A stretch of 52,368 bases of DNA from a virus. The notes beneath the pieces are model-generated. The model was not told the origin of the DNA. It ran no database searches and was given only the letters and a program-made list of their open reading frames with translations. This document shows, one piece after another, positions 17,410 to 26,179 of this stretch. Position 1 is the stretch's first letter. Every line of letters begins with the position of its first letter. The stretch lies in the IMG/VR virus record IMGVR_UViG_3300045988_112980; one strand, written 5' to 3'. A program made the position numbers and the translations under genes.

Positions 17410-17417
17410 TATCTTTG
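17410..17417 (+). promoter_or_regulatory. Bacteroides-type -7 box TATCTTTG for higBA
   Basis: Matches TAnnTTTG, 21 nt upstream of the ATG at 17438. Confidence 0.45.
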
Positions 17418-17437
17418 CTGCAGAAAAAGAACTGAAT

Positions 17438-17752
17438 ATGGAAATAATCTTCAATGAAGAATATCTTCGGGAAATGTATAATACCGGGCGAACGGATAAG
17501 AAACACCGTTTTCAGCCTCAAATTATACGGAAATATATTCGTGTGATAGATTTGATGAGGGACACTTCAAATGTCTTGGGGTTGATGCGATACAACGCAT
17601 TGAATTACGAGAAATTGAAAGACGATAAAGCGGGTCTTTCTTCTGTGAGAGTGAATGACCAATATCGCATTGAATTCGAGGAACATACCAAAGACGGGGA
17701 AACCGTTGCCACGATATGTAATATTACAGATTTGTCAAACCATTATAAATGA
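17438..17752 (+). CDS. higB: HigB-type toxin (plasmid maintenance killer protein, RelE superfamily)
   Basis: The sequence MEIIFNEEYLREMY...LSSVRVNDQYRIEFEE...ITDLSNHY fits the HigB pattern. It lies directly upstream of an HTH antitoxin. Confidence 0.7.
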   Translation: MEIIFNEEYLREMYNTGRTDKKHRFQPQIIRKYIRVIDLMRDTSNVLGLMRYNALNYEKLKDDKAGLSSVRVNDQYRIEFEEHTKDGETVATICNITDLSNHYK

Positions 17753-18103
17753 TTGATTATGATAACAATACCGGGAGTTGACCCTAAAATGATTGCTAAC
17801 AATCTTGAACCTGCGTTTCCCACGCATCCGGGGGAAATCTTGAAAGAAGAAATCGAATACAGGGGGATTTCTCAACGCAAGTTGGCAGAACGGATGGGCA
17901 TAGGCTATTCTGTTCTGAATGAGATATTGAACGCCCGCCGACCTGTCACTGAAAAAACAGCGATGATGTTTGAGGCTGCGCTGGGGGTTGAAGCTGAACC
18001 GTTGATGCGTCTTCAAATGAGATACAATGTGCGTATCGCTCAAAAAGACAAATCTTTCATGCAGCGTTTGGATAATATCCGCAAAATTGCCGCCGTTCTT
18101 TAG
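17753..18103 (+). CDS. higA: HigA-type antitoxin (XRE-family HTH); the likely ATG is at 17759
   Basis: The sequence THPGEILKEEIEYRGISQRKLAERMGIGYSVLNEILNARRPVT is a typical HigA N-terminus. Confidence 0.7.
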   Translation: MIMITIPGVDPKMIANNLEPAFPTHPGEILKEEIEYRGISQRKLAERMGIGYSVLNEILNARRPVTEKTAMMFEAALGVEAEPLMRLQMRYNVRIAQKDKSFMQRLDNIRKIAAVL

Positions 18104-18222
18104 TGGCGTTGCGATTGCGCCCGAATGCCGGGCGATAATTCAGAACGTGAAGACTTACACCAATTTGGAAAGTAAAGCGTTTATACGTCAAATTCGGAGA
18201 AAATAACTTAACCAATCAGAGT

Positions 18223-18444
18223 ATGGAAACAGTTTTTGATTATAACATAACAGACAAAGAGCGTGAAGACATCGGAATATCTGACAAGGAGCGTTATTTG
18301 GCTATTGTGGGGGAAGATACTGCAAATTTAGACCTTGCCACCCTTTTTCATACCCGAGGGGATAATGACAGGATGGCAAGGTACGCTGATAAACTTCCGC
18401 TTGATATGAAGTTGGATTTTTATCGGACGGTTACGCACCCTTGA
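18223..18444 (+). CDS. Hypothetical protein
   Basis: 73-aa ORF, convergent with the MuF gene. Confidence 0.4.
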   Translation: METVFDYNITDKEREDIGISDKERYLAIVGEDTANLDLATLFHTRGDNDRMARYADKLPLDMKLDFYRTVTHP

Positions 18445-20338
18445 TTCCTCTTAGTGTTTCTGCAAATTCACTTGAAGACATTCTGAGATTTTTAACAAGT
18501 TCTTTTGCTGTTTTCAAGTCATATTTACTTTTCGCTTGAACAAACTTCACGATTTCCTCGTGGATTTCTTCATACGGGGTTTTCAGAATGATGTCTTTGA
18601 AATGGGCGTGCGCTTCTGCTTGTGTGACGTTTATATGCTTCAATAGGTTTTGAAAATTAGAAACGAAACGCCCATAACCATAACCCCGTTCAATGATTTC
18701 TTTAGTGTTGACCGCCTTCCCTCCAAGGCTTTTCACAAAGTCACGGTATGAATGACGTGCGCAGAACTGATTGATAGTTTCCATTGAACGGCTTCTTAAA
18801 TCAGTTTTATTTCTCAAATTTTTCCAACCGATAGCTTGCGCATGGCGTATTTCATGCCATAGGCTTTCAAGGGCGTATTCTTGTTTGAATGTCATATCAA
18901 TACCCGTGGATATGGCTTTTAAAGCCCCCTTGACTTCTTCAAGCGGGTTGAATATCTCGCCGCTGACAAGCTTAAATTCCCGGTTGGCAATCTTGATTGT
19001 GTTCCCCGCCATGTTATAAGCCCCTGTGGAGTTCAGATAAGACCGGGAGTTTGCCATAAAGAAACTTACGCCTTTAGCCCGTGTTATCACGACATCAGTC
19101 AACCCACCGAGGAATAAATCGGGGTTGTTCTGGGCAAAGGTCTTAATCGTGTTCTGAACCTCTTTGCCCGTGATATAGTTCGGGTCTTTGAGTTTCAGAA
19201 AGGCTTCTTTCAGGTTCTCAATAAGCCCCGCATCTTGACCGCCTTTCAGTGTTCCCATGTTCTGAATGAACCTTTCAGGAATAAACTTCACGTTATCACG
19301 AATGAAGTACGGAACAGATGACATACGTTTTGCCCGGTCTTCATTATCAGCAAGCCATTGTTTGAAATTATCGGGTACATCTTTGACCTCGTTCTTGCTC
19401 CCTTGAACGGGTTCTTCTCCCGCCATAATACGGCGGTTGTCCTCTGCCATTTCTTCCTCAGTCTTCAAGACTGTTTCAGCATGACAGCGGCAATGTGGAT
19501 GCCATCCCGTGAACTTGAACGTTTTCGGGTAAAGCCCTTTCAGTTCATCGCAAATGTCCCTGAACGCAACGCCGTTCAAAGTGTGGTTATTACTCAGCTT
19601 GATTTCAATTCCGACAACGAAATCAAGGTCTTGCCAGCGGGTATAGTCTGCCGTTCGATAAGCGATGTTCGTTTCTGTGGCGGCGAGGCGGCGAGTGTTC
19701 TTGAATGAAGAACGGTAAACGCCTTGACCGGGATGAAAAGCCGCCGCCCGCTTGGATAACTGCAAAACCCCGTGTTCATCCTTGACACGTCTGAACAGTT
19801 TGTCGGGAAATTTCAGGTATTGACGCAGTTCTTTTGTCATGTCCTCGGCAGATACGCCGTTTCTCAAACTGACATCAAGCCCGAGTTCTATTTCCTCCTT
19901 GAACTGGTTCGTATAGTTCCATACACGGTCTGATAGCTTCAGCCCGTTTGTCTTTCTCTGAATGAACGCTTCACGGGCTTCATCGTTCGTGGAGAAATAA
20001 CGGCGGTATTGAGCCTGAGAGAGTTTTCCCACGTTATCCCCGAAGACCCGACGGGCGAGTTCGTTGTTCTTGTTGTTTGATAGAGACCAAGCGGAGTTTA
20101 TGCCGTTGACTATCGCCGCCGACAACCCGCTTTTTAGCCCCGACAACAGCTTTTCTATTCTTTTGCGTGTAATTGGATAGTCGCTGAAAGAAAAAAGCCT
20201 GTCGGGGTTAAAATCGCTTATGGTCGCACCGATACGTGCGGCTTCCTTGACAGCAGCCTCGTAAATCTGTTCTATGCGCTTGTCAAGGGCTGACAGGTCT
20301 TTCAAGTGTTGACGTTCCCATTTATTCAGCCTTGCCAT
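18431..20338 (-). CDS. MuF/SPP1 gp7-like head morphogenesis protein with a roughly 300-aa C-terminal extension carrying HExxH
   Basis: The sequence TETNIAYRTADY...GWHPHCRCHAETV is the MuF signature. The C-terminal region contains LWHEIRHAQA. Confidence 0.7.
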   Translation of the reverse strand: MARLNKWERQHLKDLSALDKRIEQIYEAAVKEAARIGATISDFNPDRLFSFSDYPITRKRIEKLLSGLKSGLSAAIVNGINSAWSLSNNKNNELARRVFGDNVGKLSQAQYRRYFSTNDEAREAFIQRKTNGLKLSDRVWNYTNQFKEEIELGLDVSLRNGVSAEDMTKELRQYLKFPDKLFRRVKDEHGVLQLSKRAAAFHPGQGVYRSSFKNTRRLAATETNIAYRTADYTRWQDLDFVVGIEIKLSNNHTLNGVAFRDICDELKGLYPKTFKFTGWHPHCRCHAETVLKTEEEMAEDNRRIMAGEEPVQGSKNEVKDVPDNFKQWLADNEDRAKRMSSVPYFIRDNVKFIPERFIQNMGTLKGGQDAGLIENLKEAFLKLKDPNYITGKEVQNTIKTFAQNNPDLFLGGLTDVVITRAKGVSFFMANSRSYLNSTGAYNMAGNTIKIANREFKLVSGEIFNPLEEVKGALKAISTGIDMTFKQEYALESLWHEIRHAQAIGWKNLRNKTDLRSRSMETINQFCARHSYRDFVKSLGGKAVNTKEIIERGYGYGRFVSNFQNLLKHINVTQAEAHAHFKDIILKTPYEEIHEEIVKFVQAKSKYDLKTAKELVKNLRMSSSEFAETLRGIKGA

Positions 20339-20546
20339 TGTTTACCTCCCGTTTGATGAAGTGTTCGCACTGAGGGTCTGAAAGAAAGCGACAGAACTTT
20401 CCGTCCGTGTAGAACGGGCAACGGCACATGAATGGTTTCCCGTTTGCGCCTATCTCATGCCAATCATAGCTGTGCCCGCAGTCACGGCATTGAAATTTCG
20501 GTTGTTCTTTGGTCTTTGGCGGTTGTCTTCTTCTTGATATAGCCAT
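20322..20546 (-). CDS. Small Cys-rich (zinc-ribbon-like) protein
   Basis: 74-aa ORF with CRDCGH...CRCPFY...CRF...CEH. Confidence 0.45.
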   Translation of the reverse strand: MAISRRRQPPKTKEQPKFQCRDCGHSYDWHEIGANGKPFMCRCPFYTDGKFCRFLSDPQCEHFIKREVNNGKAE

Positions 20547-20563
20547 AATTTCCCCCTTTCTTG

Positions 20564-21952
20564 TTATTCAGTCATTTCAAGGCTGTCATACATTTCTTCT
20601 TCCTTGATTTCTTTCAGCGTCTTGTCAACGTCATCAGATTGCCCGTAACGCTCAATGGATTCACGCTGAGACATAAGAGGCTTGCCACCGTTGGCTGTCA
20701 TCAAGTTGTTGATGTCATCCTTTTCATCCGATATTGTGAACGGGGTAATGATGATTTCAGCTTTCAGAGCGTCAATGTCGGCGGCGTAGCTTTCCCCGAA
20801 GACAATCTTTGCGTAAGCCTTGATAACGTTTATTTCACGGTCGAAGAACTCAATCAGCGGTCCTTTTTCATCGTTGACTTTCAGTTGTGCGTCAATGAAC
20901 AGTTGTTTCCGGCTCTCTCCTGACAAGGCGACTTGCGACATCTTCTCGTAAGACCAATCAGGGAGTTGAAGCATTGTGAAATAGAGGTTTCTCAACTCTG
21001 AGACGTGGAATTTCAGGTTCTCAACGGCTTGTTGCCAAGTGACATACTGCGCTGTTGAGCCTTTCGGGTATTGCATGACGGCACGGGCTTCCTTATCAGG
21101 GCTTTTTTCATCGCCGTAGCTTATCGCTTCATCAGCGAAGACACAGAACAGTGGCTTTGAGTTCTCACGGATGTAATTACCGTTACGGCTCAAAGACCAT
21201 TCAATTTCGTAAACTGTATCTGACGTGAATTCCCAAATCGGGAAAGGACGGCAGGCGTAAATTGCGGGGATTTTCAAAAGCGTTATATCTTCATTCTCAA
21301 TCTCCTGCCATGAACCGCTTTCAGAAGACCATTTGATGTGCTTGTTTGCCGTGTATGCGTCAAAGAACTTCACGGTCTTTCTCCCTTTCTTCCTTTGATA
21401 GCCGACTGACATTGCTATCATGTCGCCGTATTCATCGAAAAGGGGGTATAGGTCATCGCCGAGCATGGGGGAGAACGTGCGACAACGGATTTTCAGGGGG
21501 CTTTTTCTTCCGTAAAGCGTGTTGTTCTGTTCAAGGGCGTACCATAACGTCATAATCTCGCAGCCGGCAAAGAACCTGTTCACACGGTCTATGTCAACGC
21601 TGTCGATGCGGTTCTTGTCGAGGACGCTTGTGATGAATGTCGCCACTTCTTTCTGTTTGTCGTTCTCAGGCTTGAACACACGTTTGACAGGTATAGCCGT
21701 AACCAGTTCTGTCATTCTCTTTGATGCGAGTTTCTGAAAGCCGAGCGCAATGCGGGTCACGGGCTGAATCCCGTCTTCGTTCACGATGTCGGGGTATTTC
21801 TGTCTATCCATAACGGGATGAAACTTCGGGTTATACTCCATTTCAAGCCCTTTTCTGCCGCCCCAAACAGGGACGTTCACGGTCTTTTCACTCAGGGCGG
21901 CAATCTTCTGTTCTGCCGTCATGTCTGAATTTAAAATTTCTTCGATTGTCAT
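20564..21952 (-). CDS. Portal protein
   Basis: 462-aa ORF between TerL and MuF. Confidence 0.7.
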   Translation of the reverse strand: MTIEEILNSDMTAEQKIAALSEKTVNVPVWGGRKGLEMEYNPKFHPVMDRQKYPDIVNEDGIQPVTRIALGFQKLASKRMTELVTAIPVKRVFKPENDKQKEVATFITSVLDKNRIDSVDIDRVNRFFAGCEIMTLWYALEQNNTLYGRKSPLKIRCRTFSPMLGDDLYPLFDEYGDMIAMSVGYQRKKGRKTVKFFDAYTANKHIKWSSESGSWQEIENEDITLLKIPAIYACRPFPIWEFTSDTVYEIEWSLSRNGNYIRENSKPLFCVFADEAISYGDEKSPDKEARAVMQYPKGSTAQYVTWQQAVENLKFHVSELRNLYFTMLQLPDWSYEKMSQVALSGESRKQLFIDAQLKVNDEKGPLIEFFDREINVIKAYAKIVFGESYAADIDALKAEIIITPFTISDEKDDINNLMTANGGKPLMSQRESIERYGQSDDVDKTLKEIKEEEMYDSLEMTE

Positions 21953-21986
21953 TGTTTGATATTTTTTGAATTGAACATTCTGTTTG

Positions 21987-23573
21987 TTATCTCCGTATCA
22001 TTTTCGCAATTCTGTTCACGTTGATAGGTTTCGCATACCGAACGGGATAGAACGTGTTAGCCAAAGCGTCAAACTTATCAGGGCTTCGCCCGAGGCGTTC
22101 TTTGATGTCTTCTTTCGGTTCAATATAAAGTTTGCCGTTTGACTTTACCGAGAACTTTATTTCCGTGGCTTCTTCGTCAAACTTGTCATCCGGCGGCAGC
22201 ATGGCTCCCGTGTTGTTTCTTGGGTTCAGCCAATCACGGACAGCCCAAAACAGATAAGCACGCATATTGAAGAACTTGTTTTGCCCCGTGATGTCACTCA
22301 GTTCACGCCCGTTAGGGGTCTTTGCGCTCTCTGAATACTTGCAACTCAGGATATAATGGGGTTCGTCTTCAAGTTCAACGCAGCGGCTATAAACGCCCGC
22401 ACCTTCGCCGATTGTGTCAATACTGACGTAAAGACCGATGTTCTGTCGGCGGGCAACCATGATTTTCCCAGCTACTTTCATGTGGTCTGCCACACCGCCT
22501 GAATTGTGTGTGTCAAAGGAAGCCACCCAGTTGTCACGGCGAAGAACATAACACGTTGCGTCACGCCCCATGCCCGCCACGTCAACACCGAGAATATTGA
22601 GGTCAGCCCGAAGCGGTTCACGCCCTTTTGCTTGTTTCCAACGTTCGTGCGCTTCTTCAAGCCATTGACGGGGAATAAGCGTGTCTTCATCGACTTTCGG
22701 GAACAGACCGAGGACTTTCTTTCTGAACAGGTCTTCCGGGCGATACCATTGCCCCTCGAACTCAAAGTCATCCATTTCTGATATGATTTCATCGGGGGAT
22801 ATTTTCTCACACCAATTTTCAAGTTTATCCAACACCCAATCGTAGTCAACCTGACCGGGAATAATAATCTTCTTGCTTGCGATATTCGGGGCTGTCAGGC
22901 TGTTCAGACGGTATTTGTGCCAACGGTCGCCTTTCTGAGATTTGGCTGCGTATCCTACTGTCGTATTGGGGTTGAAGACAATCAGAATACGGCTATCGCC
23001 CTGCAGGTTTCCCTCAATGGCGGCAAATGTGTCATCCCCTATACCTGTTGCCTCTGTGATGACGAACATTGTATGAACGGCGTGGAAACCTGACCACGCT
23101 TCATGGTTGTGTTCATCAGCCTTGAAACCCGTCAGGAACCATTCATCATTGTTTGTTCTTATGTCGTAAGCGTTCAGTTTGCCGATAAGTTCAACGCCAC
23201 GGGCTTTTGCCCTGTTGAAAAGGCGGCTTATCTCAGGCATCATGATGTTCTTCACTTGTCGGTCTGTCGGGGCTGTCAAAGCGACCTTGGTGTTTTCAAC
23301 AAGTTCTATTTCCCCCAAACTGTTCTTTCTCCAACGAGGTGTGAGATACAAGAAACAGATAGCGGCACAAGCCGCAACGAAATCTTTTCCTCGGGCTGTC
23401 CCCGATGCAACCGATGTTCGCCTGTTGTGTTGAACGCTTGACAGTATTTCTTGCTGTTCTTTGTCAAGGGTCACTCCGAGGGCTTCACGGACAAACCTGT
23501 TCCAGTCTGCCCGCCATAGGTTCATCAGTTCAAGACCTTTCTTGCGGAGAATATCTTTATTCTGTTTCTTCAT
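21987..23573 (-). CDS. terL: Terminase large subunit (the ORF-track start at 23669 is TTG; the first ATG is at 23573)
   Basis: About 528-aa ORF that follows TerS and precedes the portal gene. Confidence 0.75.
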   Translation of the reverse strand: MKKQNKDILRKKGLELMNLWRADWNRFVREALGVTLDKEQQEILSSVQHNRRTSVASGTARGKDFVAACAAICFLYLTPRWRKNSLGEIELVENTKVALTAPTDRQVKNIMMPEISRLFNRAKARGVELIGKLNAYDIRTNNDEWFLTGFKADEHNHEAWSGFHAVHTMFVITEATGIGDDTFAAIEGNLQGDSRILIVFNPNTTVGYAAKSQKGDRWHKYRLNSLTAPNIASKKIIIPGQVDYDWVLDKLENWCEKISPDEIISEMDDFEFEGQWYRPEDLFRKKVLGLFPKVDEDTLIPRQWLEEAHERWKQAKGREPLRADLNILGVDVAGMGRDATCYVLRRDNWVASFDTHNSGGVADHMKVAGKIMVARRQNIGLYVSIDTIGEGAGVYSRCVELEDEPHYILSCKYSESAKTPNGRELSDITGQNKFFNMRAYLFWAVRDWLNPRNNTGAMLPPDDKFDEEATEIKFSVKSNGKLYIEPKEDIKERLGRSPDKFDALANTFYPVRYAKPINVNRIAKMIRR

Positions 23574-23675
23574 TGAGTTATTTTTTGCTGATTCGCCCTG
23601 TGCCGGGCTTTCGTTTTCAAATGGTAATTTTATACGAGTGAATGATTTCAGAGCCACATTCGGGCGCAATCGGTG

Positions 23676-24254
23676 TTATTCTGCTTCGTCCTGCGTTTCG
23701 GGTTCATCCAACAAGCCGCTTTCAATCAGCAGAGAGGCGAAAGATACATTTCCGTTGATGTCTTTCTTTTCGGGAGCGTAAAGACCAAGCAGCTTACGCC
23801 GTTCTTCAAGTTGTTTCCTGATTTCGGCGATATATGACGGGTCTCCGAGCATGATAACCTCTGTTTCCGTCCTTTCTGTCTGATACGTCCTGATTGAAGT
23901 CTGCCCCGTCTCGTTGTCACGGGCGGGAGAGCCTTTCTGCTTGCGTTGTGTCTTGTTGTAATCAGTCTTTGACTTTTCCCACTGTTCCCATAGTTCCCGG
24001 CAGGTTTCGTCAATACGTTCAAGTTCAAGTGTCAGAGCAGCGTCCATGTCTTCAATTCTGTTTTCCCGCCATTCGTCAAGAAGCGTCTGCACGTCTTTGT
24101 GAACCGTGGCGAGGGAATAAGAAGACAGTTCAAGCCGCTTCACGACTTCTGATTGAATTTTTCTGAGGCTGTAACCCCGCTTGTACATTCCCGCCACGAT
24201 TTCGAGACGGGCTTGTTTCAGTTGGTTTCTTTTCTTTTCCTGTGCCTTGCTCAT
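23676..24254 (-). CDS. terS: Terminase small subunit
   Basis: 192-aa ORF with an N-terminal HTH-like segment (GMYKRGYSLRKIQSEV), directly upstream of TerL. Confidence 0.6.
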   Translation of the reverse strand: MSKAQEKKRNQLKQARLEIVAGMYKRGYSLRKIQSEVVKRLELSSYSLATVHKDVQTLLDEWRENRIEDMDAALTLELERIDETCRELWEQWEKSKTDYNKTQRKQKGSPARDNETGQTSIRTYQTERTETEVIMLGDPSYIAEIRKQLEERRKLLGLYAPEKKDINGNVSFASLLIESGLLDEPETQDEAE

Positions 24255-24541
24255 AGTTCTTTTGTCATTGAAAGAAAGTTCAGATAAAAGTCAAGGTTGC
24301 AGCTTGACAGTTCGATGTATGTTCGCCCGAACTCAGGAAACGTATGAACGGCAAAGTGGCTCTCGGAAAGCAGCCATAAAGCCGTGTAACCTTGTGGGCT
24401 GAAATGATGTTCCGTGCAACTCAGAACATTGAAACCCGCTTTACGGAGAAGTTCGTCAAACATTCCCCGCAGTGCTTTCGGGTCGGTCTCTTTGACCCAT
24501 TGGGCGTGATTCCAGATTTTTGCTTGCATGGTCTTATTCAT
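24251..24541 (-). CDS. S-adenosylmethionine decarboxylase-like pyruvoyl enzyme (short class-1 AdoMetDC/SpeH-like)
   Basis: The segment HHFSPQGYTALWLLSESHFAVHTFPEFGRTYIELSSC parallels the AdoMetDC self-cleavage core (ESH...HTWPE). The ATG at 24541 overlaps the methyltransferase stop. Confidence 0.6.
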   Translation of the reverse strand: MNKTMQAKIWNHAQWVKETDPKALRGMFDELLRKAGFNVLSCTEHHFSPQGYTALWLLSESHFAVHTFPEFGRTYIELSSCNLDFYLNFLSMTKEL

Positions 24542-26090
24542 TTTCAGTTGTTTCACTCTCAGAAGAAGTTTCAGTGGCTTCAAACTGAACCATGTCTTCT
24601 TCTGTGTACTCAATTTTCGGGTATTCTTTCTTTATGTCTTTCGGGTTGCCTTTGAAGAACACGAGAATGTGCTGGTGCGTCTTTGCGACCTTTCTTGTCT
24701 CCATATACCGGGCGGCTCTCAGGGCTGTTGAAGCGGTTTGTTCAACAAGGATGATTTCATTATACAGAAGAACGCCCGCTTCTTTGAATATCCGCTTGAT
24801 GTCGCCGCAGAAGTCATAATAAAAGCCCGTCTTCCGGTCACGGACATCGCCCACACAGATAACGGCGAAACGGTTATTTCTCAGACAGCCGACAGCCGCC
24901 GTGAAAGCGTTCTTCAATATCTGAATGAAGTCTTCATAGCTGTCCTGATTGCTTGCGTCATTCGGGAGGTCTGAATACTTTTCAAGGTCAAAATATGGAG
25001 GACAACTGAACAGCAGGTCTTGGCTCTCGGGGTTGATGTGCTTCGCCACGTTCTGACCGTCATCGCAAATGTAGCGGGCTGTCATATCAGCCACACGCTC
25101 GTTGTTCAGGCTCGCTTGCTGTTCTCTCAGTTCAATGCCCGTGAAGCTATTGCCAAGGTAAGCTGAAACAAAGCCAAAGACGCTATCGCCAGCGAAGCAG
25201 TCAAACGTCTGACAGTTCTTGAACCCGAACCAACGGCAGACGATTTCAGCCATAACGGGGTCAAGGATAGAAACGCCCTGAGCAACGATTTTCGACTGTT
25301 CCCGTTCAAGGTCTTCTTTTGGAACGTACTTTTCGATGTATTCTTTGAATGAAATACCAAGTTCTTTCCTGTGTTCACGGGTTCTTTGATACAGGTCTTT
25401 GTACTTGATTTCAAGGCTTGTCACAAGCGTATCATTACGGCTTTCTCCCATATCCCCGATGATGTCGTACCACTTCTTCTTGCGGTCTTGCCAATAGCCT
25501 TTACGGGTGTCAAGGATAGAGAACGGGGGTACGACAAAGCGGTCAAACAATGATGATTCGGGTGCGCTGTTCGGCAGGGAAGAAGAACCGTTCCTGCTTT
25601 CGCCCTCTGACTTGTCTTCCCACAGGTCTAAGCCCCAATCAACAAGTTCTTCCGTGTCCCATTCATTAGCGAGAGCGTCCATGTCCCACTCTCCATAACC
25701 CACGTTGTCTTTGATGATGAACTCCCGCTGTTCTGCTTCTGTCAGTTCAGAAGCCTTGATAACATGGGCTGTCGGTCTGTCAAGCCACTTTTCCCAATGA
25801 CTGCGTAAAAGGTCTCGTTCTGCTTCTGTCTTCTGTGCGTATCCTGAACATTCCCCAAGCCGGGTATTTATTTCAGCGGGAGACATTTCAGCGATAGCGG
25901 ACAAAGCCCGAAGACGCATATTCCCGCCAAGAACCGTGAACGTGTTGTCAACGACTATCGGGCGAAGTTCAAGCATCTTCGGGAGAATTAGAATAGACCT
26001 AATCAACTTCTCAAACTTGTCATTCTTGATTGTACGGGGATTCGCCCCGTTAACCTGAATTTGTGAAAGATGAATAGTTTCTGTTTTCAT
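24534..26090 (-). CDS. ParB-like nuclease domain fused to a DNA methyltransferase
   Basis: 518-aa ORF with an N-terminal ParB-like segment (IHLSQIQVNGANPRTI) and a catalytic FSCPPYFDLEKY (xPPY) motif. Confidence 0.7.
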   Translation of the reverse strand: MKTETIHLSQIQVNGANPRTIKNDKFEKLIRSILILPKMLELRPIVVDNTFTVLGGNMRLRALSAIAEMSPAEINTRLGECSGYAQKTEAERDLLRSHWEKWLDRPTAHVIKASELTEAEQREFIIKDNVGYGEWDMDALANEWDTEELVDWGLDLWEDKSEGESRNGSSSLPNSAPESSLFDRFVVPPFSILDTRKGYWQDRKKKWYDIIGDMGESRNDTLVTSLEIKYKDLYQRTREHRKELGISFKEYIEKYVPKEDLEREQSKIVAQGVSILDPVMAEIVCRWFGFKNCQTFDCFAGDSVFGFVSAYLGNSFTGIELREQQASLNNERVADMTARYICDDGQNVAKHINPESQDLLFSCPPYFDLEKYSDLPNDASNQDSYEDFIQILKNAFTAAVGCLRNNRFAVICVGDVRDRKTGFYYDFCGDIKRIFKEAGVLLYNEIILVEQTASTALRAARYMETRKVAKTHQHILVFFKGNPKDIKKEYPKIEYTEEDMVQFEATETSSESETTENE

Positions 26091-26105
26091 ACTCTTTTTT
26101 GATTA

Positions 26106-26122
26106 GTGATTACATTGTACGC
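26106..26122. promoter_or_regulatory. Dispersed regulatory motif, copy 4 (GTGATTA-CATTG-TACGC)
   Basis: Lies between the -7 box at 26131..26124 and the ATG at 26090. Confidence 0.5.
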
Positions 26123-26123
26123 A

Positions 26124-26131
26124 CAAAAGTA
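26124..26131 (-). promoter_or_regulatory. Bacteroides-type -7 box TACTTTTG upstream of the methyltransferase gene
   Basis: Matches TAnnTTTG on the minus strand. Confidence 0.4.
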
Positions 26132-26140
26132 TGAAAAAGC

Positions 26141-26157
26141 GAGTATAATATAATCAC
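26141..26157. promoter_or_regulatory. Dispersed regulatory motif, copy 5 (GAGTA-TAATA-TAATCAC), inverted relative to copy 4
   Basis: Copies 4 and 5 bracket the -7 box. Confidence 0.5.
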
Positions 26158-26179
26158 TTTTAGGCAAAAAAGGGGCTTT

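Noticed and set aside
23574-23669. The TerL start at 23669
   Set aside because: That codon is TTG. The first ATG (23573, MKKQNKD...) is the more conventional start, although the upstream start cannot be excluded.
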